Source of the DNA: Candidatus Eiseniibacteriota bacterium
Lineage (GTDB): Bacteria; Eisenbacteria; RBG-16-71-46
Direction of reading: 5' to 3'
Length of the DNA: 64,000 nucleotides
Assembly (NCBI GenBank): GCA_963717505.1
Contig: OY970342.1
Location: forward strand, 2,944,001-3,008,000
Shown piece after piece: positions 24,438 to 37,825 of this stretch (position 1 is the stretch's first letter; each line of letters opens with the position of its first letter). The position numbers and the translations under genes were made by a program. The notes beneath the pieces were generated by a model. That model was not told the DNA's origin, ran no database searches, and saw only the letters and a list, made by a program, of their open reading frames with translations.

Positions 24438-27400
24438 ATGCGGCAGCCGGCGATCCTCTGCCTGGCCGCCGCGGTCCTGACCGCGCCGGCTCCGGCGACC
24501 GCACACGCGGCCGAGGATCCGTCGTGCGCGACCTGGCGGATCCCGGTGGTCGCGAATACGGTCATCTATCCGTTGCCGCGCTCGTTTCTGCGCGCCGGCA
24601 CCGACACGGTGTGGATCGGCGAGGCGCAGCTCGACCCCACGCGCGACTACTCGCTCGACCGACTGCGCGGCGAGCTGCGGCTGCTGCGCACGCCGCTTCC
24701 CGGTGACACCCTGCGGGTGCATGCGTGCGCCCTGCTTCGCCCGCCGCCGCTCAGCGTGCAACCGACGCCCTATCGGGCCGCCGCCGATGACCCACCCGAC
24801 ACGGTGGCGGTGGCGGCGAGTTCAGTGCGGCCGCGCCCTGCGACTGCGCGGGCGCCGGGCGAAACGCCGGCTGGAATCGGCATCACGCTCTCCGGCAACA
24901 AGACCCTGGCCGTGGACTTCGGGTCGAATCAGGACGCCTTCCTGCGGCAGTCGCTCGACCTCACGGTCGGCGGCACCGTGGCGCCCGGGGTCGAGCTGAC
25001 TGCGGTGCTCTCGGATCAGAGCGTTCCAATCACCGAATCCGGATCGACACAGAGCCTCGAGAGCGTCGACCGCGTGCTGCTCGAGCTGCGCTCCCCGCAG
25101 GGTGGCGCCGCACTCGGCGACATCGCCCTCGACTGGGATCGCGGGGAGTTCGGGCGCATCGAGCGCCGGCTCCAGGGCGTGCGCGCCGACTGGCGCACCG
25201 GAACTCTGGAGGCCGCCGGAGCGGCGGCAACTCAAACCGGCGAATTCCGACGGATCCAGTTCTACGGCATCGAGGGCAGCCAGGGCCCGTATCTGTTGAG
25301 TGACTCGCAGGGGCGCACCGGCGTCGGGGTGGTGGCCGGCAGCGAGGTGGTCACCGTCGATGGCGGGCGCATGAACCGCGGCGAGTCGGCCGACTATTCG
25401 ATCGAGTACGAGCGCGGGCGCATCACGTTCACCAACCGGCGCCCGATCTCCTCGGAAACCCGGATCACGGTCGACTATCAGGTGGCGACGTCGGCGTATC
25501 GCCGGAACCTGGCCGGCGCCGGCGCCGGCTGGACCCGGGGGTCGTGGAACGCGTTCGCCCGCGTGCTGCGCGAGGCCGACGACCGGGGGCGACCGCTCGA
25601 GGTTACGCTCGACGAGTCCGACCGCGTCCGTCTGGCGCTCGCCGGCGATTCGTCGGCCCGCGCCGTCGGATCGGGCGTCGAAGGTGGCGGCGGCGACTAC
25701 GACACGATTCGCGTTTCGGGCGGCCTGGTCTACTCCTACGTCGGAGCCCAGTCGGGCGATTTCAACGTCCAATTCGCCAACGTCGGGTTCGGACAAGGCG
25801 ACTACGCGGAGTCGACGCTGGTCGACAGCCGGCGGACGTATCGATTCGTGGGGGTGGGTGCCGGCACCTACTCGATCGGGCGCCCGCTGCCGCTGCCTGG
25901 GGCCCACGACCTGATCACGTTCGGCTCTGGTTTCGCGCGCGGTGGACTGACCGCGGAGGTCGAGGGCGCGACCAGTCGTCTGGATCGGAACACGTTCTCG
26001 AGCCGGGACGACGGCGACAATGCCGGCTTCGCCGGTCGTGCTCAGCTGCGCGCGGTCCATGACCTCCGAGGTTGGGGAGGCGTGATCGGTGTGGGAGCCA
26101 ACCTGCGAGGGGTCGAGTCGCGCTTCCAGTCGTTCTCGCCGCTCGAGCGACCTTTCGCCGAAGAGTCGTGGGGTTTGCCGCTCGGGGCCGACCTCGAGCA
26201 TTCGAAACGCGCCGAAGGCAACGTGTTCTGGCAGCCGCGCGGCGGGGGTGAGGTGCGCGCGTCAGCCGCCGGCCTGCGCACCGAGCAGGGCTACGAAGGA
26301 CTGAGGCGCGACGTGGTGTGGGTTCGCGAGGGCCGGATCAGCACGCTGGCGTCGTGGGAGCGCGCCGACGGCGAGCAGTCGGGCCTGGCTTTCCCCGACG
26401 GCGGTCGCGAGCGGTCGCGAGCGCAGGTCGGGCTCAACGGGCGCTGGCTGGCGCCGCTGGTGCGCGCCGAGCAGGACGAGCGCTGGACACCGAGCGACAC
26501 CGGTCGCGTTGCGGTGCGCGTGCGCGAGGGCGGGCTGGCGCTGGCGACCGGAACCGGCATCCGCTGGCGCGCGAGCGCCGGCGCCACGCTGCGTCGCGAC
26601 GCGCGTGCCGAAGGCGAGGAATTCCATGACCAGGCCGAAGTCCGCACCGGCAACCTCGGGCTCGAGAGCCCGGCCGATCGGCCGCTGCGGATCGCACTCC
26701 GCTACCAGCGTCGCGACGTCGAGCCTCTCGACGCTGGTGCTCGCTCGCGGGCCGATCTGGGGGGTGCGAGGATCTCGGCCGAACGCTCCGGTGCACGCGG
26801 CGACCTGGGGACCGAGATCACCAACGAAGGCGAGTCGCGCCGCGAGCGGACGCTGGTCTTCGTCGGCAGCGGCCAAGGCGCCTACGACGCGCTCGGCAAC
26901 TTCGTCGGCACCGGCGACTACGACCTGGTGATCGTGACCCGGCCGGAGATCGAGCAGGCGGCGCGGGCGGCGACCACCGGCAGTCTGGTGGTGCCGATCG
27001 GCCGCGGCGATGTCTGGCGGGGTTCGCGCGGGGAGTTCGGCTACGAAAGCGACGTGCGGCGCCGCGGGGCGCTGCGGGCGGAAGACCTGATGATTTCACC
27101 CGAGGCGTTGCTCGACGATCCGAGCATCGCACGCGGCGCGTTGCTGCAGCGGGTCGTGTTCGACCTGGCGCCCGGATCGCGAGCGGGAGCGGTGCTGGCG
27201 CGCATCGAGCGCCGGGTCACCGTCGATCGCTCGTTCTCGAACTTCGCGCAGTCGCTCGATGACCGGAGTGCCAGCGGCCGCTGGCGCGGGCGACCCTCGC
27301 CCCAGTTCGCGGTCGAGCTGGAGGCGCGCGCTCGGCGCCGGGCCGCCGATCAGGAACTGAGTGGCGGCACCGCTTACCGGCGCGTGCTCGAAGAACAGGG

Positions 27401-27773
27401 GGGCTTGGTGCAGGCGGTGTATACCGCCGGGAGTCGGCTGCGCGCGGTGGGCGTGGTCGACGCGACCTGGAGCCGCCCCGACGGGCAGAGCGAGCGCAGC
27501 CGCACGCTGCGCATCGGACCCGATCTCGGGGCTGCGGTCGGCGAGCGCGGACGACTCGAGCTGAGCGCACGCCGCATCGTGCACGCGGGGGTACCGGCCG
27601 TCGACCTGCTGCCGACTCCCGATCCGCTGTCGCAGCTCCGTTGGGAGGGTTCGGCGCGCTTCGACTACCGGTTGCACTCGAGCACGACCGCCGGTGTCTC
27701 GATCAACGCGCGCGACCGCGCGGATCGGAGCGCCAATGTCACCGGGCGGGCGGAAGTGAGGGCGTTCTTCTGA
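24438..27773 (+). CDS. Large (about 1110 aa) outer-membrane beta-barrel protein with SprA-like motifs
   Basis: Signal peptide; SGNKTLAVDFGSNQD...QSLDL; GSEVVTVDG...DYSIEYERGRITF; long amphipathic beta region; ends RAFF. Confidence 0.65.
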   Translation: MRQPAILCLAAAVLTAPAPATAHAAEDPSCATWRIPVVANTVIYPLPRSFLRAGTDTVWIGEAQLDPTRDYSLDRLRGELRLLRTPLPGDTLRVHACALLRPPPLSVQPTPYRAAADDPPDTVAVAASSVRPRPATARAPGETPAGIGITLSGNKTLAVDFGSNQDAFLRQSLDLTVGGTVAPGVELTAVLSDQSVPITESGSTQSLESVDRVLLELRSPQGGAALGDIALDWDRGEFGRIERRLQGVRADWRTGTLEAAGAAATQTGEFRRIQFYGIEGSQGPYLLSDSQGRTGVGVVAGSEVVTVDGGRMNRGESADYSIEYERGRITFTNRRPISSETRITVDYQVATSAYRRNLAGAGAGWTRGSWNAFARVLREADDRGRPLEVTLDESDRVRLALAGDSSARAVGSGVEGGGGDYDTIRVSGGLVYSYVGAQSGDFNVQFANVGFGQGDYAESTLVDSRRTYRFVGVGAGTYSIGRPLPLPGAHDLITFGSGFARGGLTAEVEGATSRLDRNTFSSRDDGDNAGFAGRAQLRAVHDLRGWGGVIGVGANLRGVESRFQSFSPLERPFAEESWGLPLGADLEHSKRAEGNVFWQPRGGGEVRASAAGLRTEQGYEGLRRDVVWVREGRISTLASWERADGEQSGLAFPDGGRERSRAQVGLNGRWLAPLVRAEQDERWTPSDTGRVAVRVREGGLALATGTGIRWRASAGATLRRDARAEGEEFHDQAEVRTGNLGLESPADRPLRIALRYQRRDVEPLDAGARSRADLGGARISAERSGARGDLGTEITNEGESRRERTLVFVGSGQGAYDALGNFVGTGDYDLVIVTRPEIEQAARAATTGSLVVPIGRGDVWRGSRGEFGYESDVRRRGALRAEDLMISPEALLDDPSIARGALLQRVVFDLAPGSRAGAVLARIERRVTVDRSFSNFAQSLDDRSASGRWRGRPSPQFAVELEARARRRAADQELSGGTAYRRVLEEQGGLVQAVYTAGSRLRAVGVVDATWSRPDGQSERSRTLRIGPDLGAAVGERGRLELSARRIVHAGVPAVDLLPTPDPLSQLRWEGSARFDYRLHSSTTAGVSINARDRADRSANVTGRAEVRAFF

Positions 27774-29467
27774 TGGCCACTCGGGTGCGACTCGCGATCT
27801 CGGCGCTGCTGCTGGCCCTGGCCGCTCCTCCGGCGTCCGCCGCGGCGCGTCTGGACTACGACGGCGCGGGGCTGACGCGGCGCCAGGCCGAAGGCCTGAT
27901 GGCGCCGGCGTTGCGCACACCCGACGACTCGACGTCGCTGGCCAGCGGACTCGAGGCGGTGGTCGCGGCCCTCCAGACCGAGGGCTTCCTCGATGCGCGC
28001 GCGCACGGCGAGTGGACCGGCCGTGAAGTGCTGACTCTGCGGATCGACGAGGGCGCTCGCTATCGACTCGGAACCGTATCCGTCCGCGCCGGTTCGGTCG
28101 AGGACTCGGCGCGCGCCGCACAGGTGCTCGGTCTCAAGAGCGGCGACCCGGCTTCGCCGGAGCGCATTGCTCGAGCACTCGAGGCCGGTGCTGCGGAGCT
28201 CGTGCGTCAGGGACACGCCTACGCCGAGCTCGGCGTGCGCGGCTGGGAAGCCGATGCGGGACGGCTCGACCTGACGATCGCCGCACTGCCAGGACCCAAG
28301 GTCACGGTGTCGGAGGTGCGCATCGAGGGGCTGACGGTCACCCGTGAAGACGTCGCGCGGCGCGTGCTGCGCGGACTCGAAGGCGAATACTACGATCCGG
28401 CCGCCGCCGCCGCCGGCCGCGAACGGCTGCTGCGCCTCGGTCTCTTCCGTGACGTGCGTTTCGACGGTCTGGTGTCGGCCGGAGACTGGAGTCGGGGCCG
28501 GCTGCTCTATTCGGTCGACGAACCGCGATACAACGCGTTCGAAGGCGCGGTCGGAGCCCAGGGCGAGGGAGGAGTGGTGGGGCGCGTGCGCGTCGAGCTC
28601 GGCAATCTGCTGGGCACCGGGCGATCGACCTCCCTGCGCTGGGAGTCGACCGGACAGCAGCGGTCGAACATCGCCGCCTACTATCGCGAACCGATGGTGC
28701 TCGGCGCGCTGCTCGGCGCCGACTTGATGCTCGAGCACGAGGTGCGCGACTCGACCTACACCCGCACACGCTGGGGGGGCGGCCTGCACTGGACCGCGAC
28801 CGCGCGCCAGGTGCTCGAAGCCGGGTTCGACGTCGAGCGGGTGGTGCAGACCGCGGGGAACGTCAGCGAGTCGCGACTCGAGAACGTGCGTTTCGCCGTC
28901 GAGCGCGCGGTGTGGGACGATGCCGCTGCACCGCGCAGCGGCTACCGGACACGGGTGGCGGCCGCCCAGGTGTTCAAGCGCGAGCGGTTGCGTCCGACCG
29001 GTTCGAGCACGGCGCGCGCCAGTGCGGTCCAAGCCTGGATCGACCTGTTGCGGCCGCTCACTCCGCGCAGCGGTACCTCGCTCGAGCTGTCGGGCGCAGG
29101 TCGTTTCAGCTCCGAGTCGGTGCTGAGCACGTACGAGCGTTGGTCGCTGGGCGGTGCGGCGACGCTGCGCGGCTTCGACGAGGACCAGTTCCGCGTCGAC
29201 CGCTATGCGCTGTCGCGATTCGAATGGCGGCTGAGCGCCGGTGGGCACCAGCAGCACGCGTACCTGTTCTGGGATCACGCGTGGACCTGGACGCGGCAGG
29301 CCGTGGCCGCCGGCGGGGACGCGGTCGAGACGCAACACCTGGACGGGGTCGGTGGCGGATTGCGACTCGAGACGCGCGCCGGCCGAATCGGCATGGCCTA
29401 CGGCCTCGAGGTCGGCCGGCCACCGCTCGAAGGCAAGATTCACGTGCAGCTGGTTTCGGCGTTCTGA
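27773..29467 (+). CDS. BamA/TamA (Omp85) family protein with POTRA domains
   Basis: POTRA-like GFLDA...IDEG, GHAYAE, RLLRLGLFRDV; barrel NLLGTG, LGGAATLRGF; C-terminal Phe. Confidence 0.85.
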   Translation: MATRVRLAISALLLALAAPPASAAARLDYDGAGLTRRQAEGLMAPALRTPDDSTSLASGLEAVVAALQTEGFLDARAHGEWTGREVLTLRIDEGARYRLGTVSVRAGSVEDSARAAQVLGLKSGDPASPERIARALEAGAAELVRQGHAYAELGVRGWEADAGRLDLTIAALPGPKVTVSEVRIEGLTVTREDVARRVLRGLEGEYYDPAAAAAGRERLLRLGLFRDVRFDGLVSAGDWSRGRLLYSVDEPRYNAFEGAVGAQGEGGVVGRVRVELGNLLGTGRSTSLRWESTGQQRSNIAAYYREPMVLGALLGADLMLEHEVRDSTYTRTRWGGGLHWTATARQVLEAGFDVERVVQTAGNVSESRLENVRFAVERAVWDDAAAPRSGYRTRVAAAQVFKRERLRPTGSSTARASAVQAWIDLLRPLTPRSGTSLELSGAGRFSSESVLSTYERWSLGGAATLRGFDEDQFRVDRYALSRFEWRLSAGGHQQHAYLFWDHAWTWTRQAVAAGGDAVETQHLDGVGGGLRLETRAGRIGMAYGLEVGRPPLEGKIHVQLVSAF

Positions 29468-29498
29468 ACTCGCGCCGCACTCGGGATCGGGGAGGAAC

Positions 29499-31687
29499 GT
29501 GAGCGCATCGTGTGCCGAGCGAGTCCGCGAGCTGCTGACGCCGGGCTCCGAGTTCAGCCGGCGTTTCGCGGCGCGCTTCGGCCACGACCGGGGCGTTTCG
29601 GACGCGGCGATCCGCTACGAAGATCGGCCGGGACAACGCTCGTTCGCCGCCGAGGCCGCGGACACCCTCGAGCACGGTGGCGTGCTGGTGGCCGAAGCGC
29701 CGACCGGGATCGGCAAGTCGCTCGCCTACCTGCTGCCGGCCGTGCTCCTCGCGCACGCGCGCGAACGGCGCGTGGTGATCGCCACCTGCACCCGCTCGCT
29801 CCAGGATCAGCTCTACGAGCGCGACCTGCCGGCGGTGCTCGAGGCCCTGGACCTGACGCTGCCCTGCGTTCGACTCAAGGGAAAGCAGAACTACCTGTGC
29901 GTGCGCGCGCTCGATCAGGCGGCGGGGGAGGGCAGCGAGGAACGCGAGACGCTGGAGGCGCTTCGGCATTGGGCCGCGCACGACACAGAAGGCGACCTCG
30001 ACCGCTTTCCGCCCGCGGATGCCGAGGCCTTCCGTCGCGTGCGCCCGCGGCTGGGCGCCGACCCGGACGCGTGCACGGCGGTCACCTGCCGCCGCGGCCG
30101 CGAGTGCTTCTGGGTGCGCGCGCGACGCCAGGCGCAGCAGGCGAAGATCCTGGTGATCGTGAATCACGCGCTGCTCGCGCTCTCGGGCGGCGTCGAAGGA
30201 CTGCTGCCGGACTTCGACGCGCTGATCGTCGACGAAGCCCACCGTCTCGAGGGCGTGCTGCTCCAACAGCTCGGACGCGCCAGCTCGCTCGGACGCATCG
30301 AGGAGCTGCTGCGGGTCACCGGGGTTGCCGCGGTGGCAGCCGGCGGGGCAGCGGGCTCGCCGGCCGATTGCGTTCGTTCGCGCTGCCCTTGCTGGCCAGC
30401 GTCGAGCCGGCGCGCGCCGAACGCTGGTCGGCGGACCTCGCCGCCTGGAGCGAGCGCGCGTCCGCGGCGCGCACGGCAGCCGAGACGTTGTTCGCCCGGC
30501 TCGAGGTCGGCTGGCGCCCGGTCCCGGCGGGGCGCGCGCGCGCGCCGGAGCCGGGTACGGGTTGCGCTCGCGCTACCGGACCGCGGCCGAGCTGCTCGGC
30601 GGCGAACTGCAACTGCTCGAGGACGTGCTCGGTCATGGCGCCTGGTTCGCGCGGATACTCGGACGCTTCTCCAGCGAAATCTCGGCGACCGAACCGGGAG
30701 CCAAGTCGATCGAGCTGGCCGCCGAGCTCGAGCAGGTCGCGGCCCGCTGGACCGCGGCCATGTCCGACCTCGAGGATCTCGCCGATCCCGCGCAGCGCGA
30801 CTGGGTCTACTGGCGGACCGGCGGCACGCGGCGGGTCGAGCTGCACGGCGCGCCGGTGCTCGGCCGGCGCCGCACGCGCGACGGCTGGTGCTCGAACGCT
30901 GCCCGGCCGTGGTGCTGACCTCGGCGACGCTCTCGGCCGGCGGCGATTTCGGGTTCGTCGCCGAGCGACTCGGGCTCGGCGAGGAACACGGCGTTCCCTA
31001 CGACCGGCGGCCATCCACCCGTCGCCGTTCCCGCTCGAACGCCAGATGCGCGCCTACATCTACGACGGCGGCGCCGACGAAGCCGCGGCGGTGGCCGCGG
31101 TGGTCGAAGCGTTGCACGCGCGGACCCGGCGCAACCAGCTGGTGCTGTTCACGGCGCACGAGCGACTGCGACGGGCGCGCGCGCGGCTGCTCGAGCGCCT
31201 GCCGGCCGGAGCGATGCTGCTCGCGCAGGAGTGGGACGGTCCGGCGAGTCAGGTGAGCGAGCGCTTCCGCGACCGAACGCGGCGCGATCTTGCTCGGCGT
31301 CCAGAGCCTGTGGGAAGGTGTCGACTTTCCCGGTGACGCGCTGGAGATCGCTGGTGGTGGCGAAGCTGCCGTTCTCGGTGCCCGACGATCCGCTGGTCGA
31401 GGCGCGCGGCGAGCGGTTGCGCGAGCAGGGACTGGATCCGTTCCGGGACGACGCGGTGCCGGAGGCGGTGCTGCGTTTCCGCCAGGGGGTCGGCCGTCTG
31501 ATCCGGCGCGCCGACGATCGCGGCGTGCTCGTGGTGTGCGATCCGCGCCTGGCGACGGCGTCGTATCGGAGGCCGTTCCTGGCGGCGCTGCCGGCGTGGC
31601 CCCGGAGGTGCGTCGCGACGCCGAGGTGCTGGCGGCGGACGCGGCGCGCTTCCTCGAACAGGAGGTTTCGGTGGAGGAGCATCGTGA
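29499..31687 (+). CDS. dinG: DinG/YoaA-family Fe-S helicase (multiple apparent frameshifts after 30310)
   Basis: RPGQ Q-motif, EAPTGIGKSLAYL, KGKQNYLC, Fe-S cysteines, VNHALL, DEAH, LTSATL, LFTA, SLWEGVDFPG, KLPF, FRQGVGRLIR. Confidence 0.88.
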
Positions 31688-33215
31688 TCGAGCTCGGCGC
31701 GCGCCCTCTGGCTCTGGGCGACGTCGTGGCGGTGGCCCGCGAACGCGCGCGCGGTGCGCCTCGCGGCCGGCGCGCGCGAACGAATGGCGGCCAGCCGGGC
31801 GGTGGTGGAGCGCGCGGTGCGCGAGGGTCGGGTGGTCTACGGCGTCACCACCGGTTTCGGCGAGCTCAAGGATCGCCACATTCCGCCCGACCAGGTGCGC
31901 GCGCTCCAGCTCAATCTGCTGCGCTCGCACTGCTGCCGGCGTCGGTCCGCGCGTCGCCGCGCGACGTGGTGCGCGCCATGCTGCTGCTGCGCGCGGCGTC
32001 GCTGGCGCGCGGCCACTCGGGCGTGCCGGCCCGAGCGTGGTCGACGCGCTGCTCGCGCTGCTCGAGCGCGACGTGACGCCGGTCGTGCCGCTACAGGGCT
32101 CGGTCGGCGCTTCCGGCGACCTGGCGCCGCTCGCCCACCTGGCGCGGTGCTGGTCGGCGAGGGCGAGGCGTGGCTCGGCGACCAGCGCATGCCGGCCGCA
32201 CTCGCGCTGCGCGGCGCCGGGCTCCAGCCGCTCGACGCTCGAGGCCAAGGAAGGGCTGGCGCTGATCAACGGCACCCAGCTCTCGACCGCGCTTGCGGCA
32301 CTCGCGTGCGCGGACGCCCGACGCGTGTGGGAGGCGGCGATCGCGGCGGCGGCGCTCTCGACCGAGGTGCTGCTCGGCTCGTTCGCGCCGGCGCGCGCCG
32401 ACGTGCAGGCAGCTGCGGCCCTACCCGGGCGCGCTCGAGACCGCGCGCCGGCTGCGCGCCTACTCGCGCGGACAGCGCGCTGGTCGAGTCGCACGCCAAC
32501 TGCGGCCGCGTCCAGGACGCCTACAGCCTGCGCTGCGTGCCGCAGGTGCTGGGGGCGTCCTGGGACGCGATCGCCCACGTCGCGCACCAGCTCGAGATCG
32601 AGTTCAACTCGGTCAACGACAATCCGCTGGTGTTCCCCGACGACGACGAGGTGGTTTCGGCCGGCCTGTTCCACGCGCAGCCGGTCGGCGTTGGTCGCCG
32701 ACTACCTGAAGATCGCGGTGGCCGAGATCGCGTCGCTCAGTCCGAGCGGCGCATCGACCGGCTGCTGTGCGGCACCGAAGGCTCGGGCTGCCGCCGGTGC
32801 TGGCGGCGAGTCCCGGGTCTCGAGTCGGGCTACATGATGGCGCAGTACACGGCGGCCGCGCTGGTGTCGGAGAACAAGGTGCTGTGCGCATCCGGCGACC
32901 GTGGATTCGATCCCGACCGGCGCCGGCCTCGAGGATCACGTCAGCATGGCGCCGATCGCGGCGCGCCACGCGCGCGCCGTGGTCGAGAACACCGCGCGCG
33001 TCGTGGCGCTCGAGCTGCTTGTGCGCGACTGCCGGGCGCTCGAGTTCCGCCGACCGCTCACCGCCGGCGCACGGCTCCGAGCGGCTCTACGGCGCGGTGC
33101 GGCGCCTCGTGCCCGCGCCCGAGGGCGACCGTCCGCTCGCCGAGCCTGCGAGAGCGCTCGCGCGCTGGGTGCTGTCGCCGGCGCCCGAGCGGCTCGCCGA
33201 GGAGGTGCTGGCGTC

Positions 33216-33219
<4 letters not shown>
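31684..33219 (+). CDS. hutH: Histidine ammonia-lyase (frameshifted consensus)
   Basis: [17 protein letters not shown] motif [45 protein letters not shown]. Confidence 0.93.
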
Positions 33220-34903
<1,684 letters not shown>

Positions 34904-34914
<11 letters not shown>

Positions 34915-36225
34915 GCCGGTGGCACTGCCGTCGAGCCACGACGCCTCGGGCCGACGTGTGGCGGGACGCACCGCGTACCTCCTGCTCCACAACACCTCCG
35001 AGGTGGTGACGCCGGATCCCGAGGGCCGCGAGATCGCTGCGTCATCCCGCGCGGCGCGATCGTGTTCCGGACGGCCGCGTGCTCGAGGTCGGAGCCGCCG
35101 CGCGACCTGTTGCGCCGCCACGGCGAGGCGCGACCGATCAATGCGCAACGGCCGCCTGGTCACGCCCGGTCTGGTCGACTGCCACACGCACATGATCTTC
35201 GCCGGGCATCGCGCCGTCGAGCTCGCAGCGCCGCTGGCGGGGCGAGAGCTACGCCGCGATCGCCGCCGCGGGCGGCGGGATCCGCTCCACGGTGGCGGCC
35301 ACCGCAGCGGAACGCGACGACGTGCTCGAGAAGAGCCTGGCGAACCGGCTCGAGCGCTGGCGCGCGAACGGCTGCACCACGGTCGAGGTCAAGAGCGGCT
35401 ACGGGCTCGACGCCGGCGGCCGAGCTCCGGCTGCTCGAGCTGATGCGCGGCGCGACCCAGCGCGTGCCGGTGCGCGTCCATCGCACGGCGCTGCTGCTGC
35501 ACGCGCTGCCCGAGTCCTACGCGGGCCGGCGCGCCGAGTTCCTCGAGGAGCTGGTGACCGCGACCCTGCCCGAGATCCGCCGCCGCGAACTGGCGAGCGC
35601 GGTCGACGTGTTCTGCGAGGACGTGGCGTTCAGCGTCGACGAGTGCCGGCGCGTGCTCGCGGCGCGCGAAAGCGCTGGGCTTCGACCTCACGCTGCATGC
35701 CGACCAGCTGACCGCACGGCGGCGGCGCCCGGCTCGCCGCGGAGCTGGGGGCGCGTTCGGCCGATCATCTCGAGTGCGCGACGGCGGACGACTGGCGAGG
35801 CACTGGCCGCGGCCGGCACGGTGGGCGTCCTGTTGCCGGCGGCGGCGCTGACGCTCGGCCAGACGCTGCCGCGACGCCGAAGTGCTGCGCGGCTCGCGGC
35901 GCTCGCGTGGCGATCGCCACCGACTTCAATCCCGGCACCGCGCCCGCCCAGTCGCTGCTCGAGTGCGCCGCGCTGGCGGCGCGCTCGTGCGGCTTCACCG
36001 CCGAGGAGATGCTGCTCGGCGATCACCTGGAACGCCGCGCGCGCGCTGGGGGTGGAAGCCGAGGTCGGGCATCTCAACCCCGGCGCCTGGGCCGACGCGG
36101 TCGCCTGGGAGTGCGAGACGCTGGAGGAGCTGCCGTACTGGATGCCCGCGGTGCGGCCGGACTGCGTGTTCGTGCGCGGCGCCGATCTGGCGCTGCCCGC
36201 GCTCGAACGCCGAGTGTGGCCGTGA
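34904..36225 (+). CDS. hutI: Imidazolonepropionase (frameshifted consensus)
   Basis: [55 protein letters not shown]. Confidence 0.93.
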
Positions 36226-36238
36226 GGAACCGAGAACC

Positions 36239-37774
36239 ATGACCCGAATCGTCGAGTGCGTTCCCAACTTCTCCGAAGGCCGCCGCGCCGAGGTGGTCGA
36301 CGAGATCGTGCGCGCGATCTCTGCGGTTCCCGGGGTCATGTTCCTCGACCGCGAGATGGATGCCGACCACAACCGCTCGGTGTTGACCTTCGCGGGCGAG
36401 CCGGAACCGGTGATGGAGGCCGCCTTCCGCGCCGCGCGACGCGCGAGCGAGCTGATCGACCTGACCACGCATTCGGGACAGCACCCGCGCATGGGTGCCA
36501 CGGACGTCGTGCCGTTCGTACCGGTCGAGGGCGTGACGCTCGACGATTGCGCCGAGCTACGCGCGCGCGACCGGACGCCGGATCGGGGAGGAGCTCGGGA
36601 TCCCGGTGTTCCTGTACGAGGCGGCGGCCAGCCGGCCCGATCGCGTGAGCCTCGCCGACGTGCGGCGCGGCCAGTTCGAGGGCCTGCGCACGGCGATCGG
36701 CAGCGATCCGGACCGGCGTCCGGACTTCGGTCCGCCTCGCATCCACGCCACCGCCGGCGCCACCGCGGTCGGCGCCCGTCGGTTCCTGGTCGCGTTCAAC
36801 GCCAATCTCAACACCGGCGACGTGCGGGTCGCCAAGGCGATCGCGGCCGCGATCCGCGAGCAGAGCGGCGGACTCAAGAACGTGCGCGCGCTCGGATTCT
36901 CGATCGAGGGCGGGCGGCGCGCACAGGTCAGCATGAACCTGGTGAACACCGAGGCGACGCCGATTCATCGCGTGCTGGCGTTGGTTCGCGATGAGGCCGG
37001 CGCGCCACGGCGCCGCGATCTCGGGCTGCGAGGTGGTCGGGCTGATCCCCGAGTCCGCGATGCTCGATGCCGCCGAGCACGCGCTCCAGCTCGAGTGCTT
37101 TCGCCGCGATCAGGTGCTCGAGATCCGCCTGCGGCGGCCGCCGCTCAGCGGAGCCTTGAGCGTGGATCAGTTTCTGGATCGGGTGGCCGAGGGAACTCCG
37201 ACGCCGGGGGGCGGCACCGTGGCGGCGGTCGTGGGCGCACTGGCTGCAGCGCCTCGCGATCATGGTCGCGAACCTGACGATCGGGAAGAAGAAGTACGCG
37301 GCCGGCGAGCCGGTGGTGCGCGAGGCCAAGCAGCGGGCCACCGAGTTGCGGGAGATGCTGGGGCGTTTGGCCCAGCAGGACAGCGAGGCCTTCGAGGCGG
37401 TGCTTCGGGCCCGGCGGATGCCCGAGCAGCCGAGCGAGGCTGCTGCCGCGCGGACCGCCGCCATCGTTGCCGCTGAACTCGAAGCGACCCGTGTACCCCT
37501 AAGAACCGCAGAGGCTTGCCTCGAAGTAGTCGAGCTCGCCGCACGTGCTGCCCGCCACGGAAACGCGAACGCCGTGACCGACGCCGGGGTCGCCGGGCGA
37601 CTGGCCGCTGCAGCCGCCGACGGTGCCTTGCTCAACGTCCAGATCAACCTGAAGTCGCTTCCGGCCAGCGCCGATAAGGACGATATCGAAAAGGCGTTAC
37701 GTCGCCTCAGCGAGGCGATGACCGTGGCGGCCCGGGACTGCAGCGAGGTGGTGCAGGCGATCCTCACGGCCTGA
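36239..37774 (+). CDS. ftcd: Bifunctional glutamate formimidoyltransferase / formiminotetrahydrofolate cyclodeaminase
   Basis: IVECVPNFSEGR, DADHNRSV, HPRMGATDVVPF, QVSMNL, then cyclodeaminase domain TPTPGGG...MVANLT...D AGVA...NVQINL. Confidence 0.92.
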
Positions 37775-37825
37775 GGGCCGGCCTGCGTCCGTCCGCTACG
37801 CGCGCCTTCCTGGAGACGGACGACA

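Noticed and set aside
37771-37781. CTGAGGGCCGG matching the arm of the 40885 element
   Set aside because: Only 11 bp, no partner arm, and partly explained by a shared TGA stop in GC-rich DNA.
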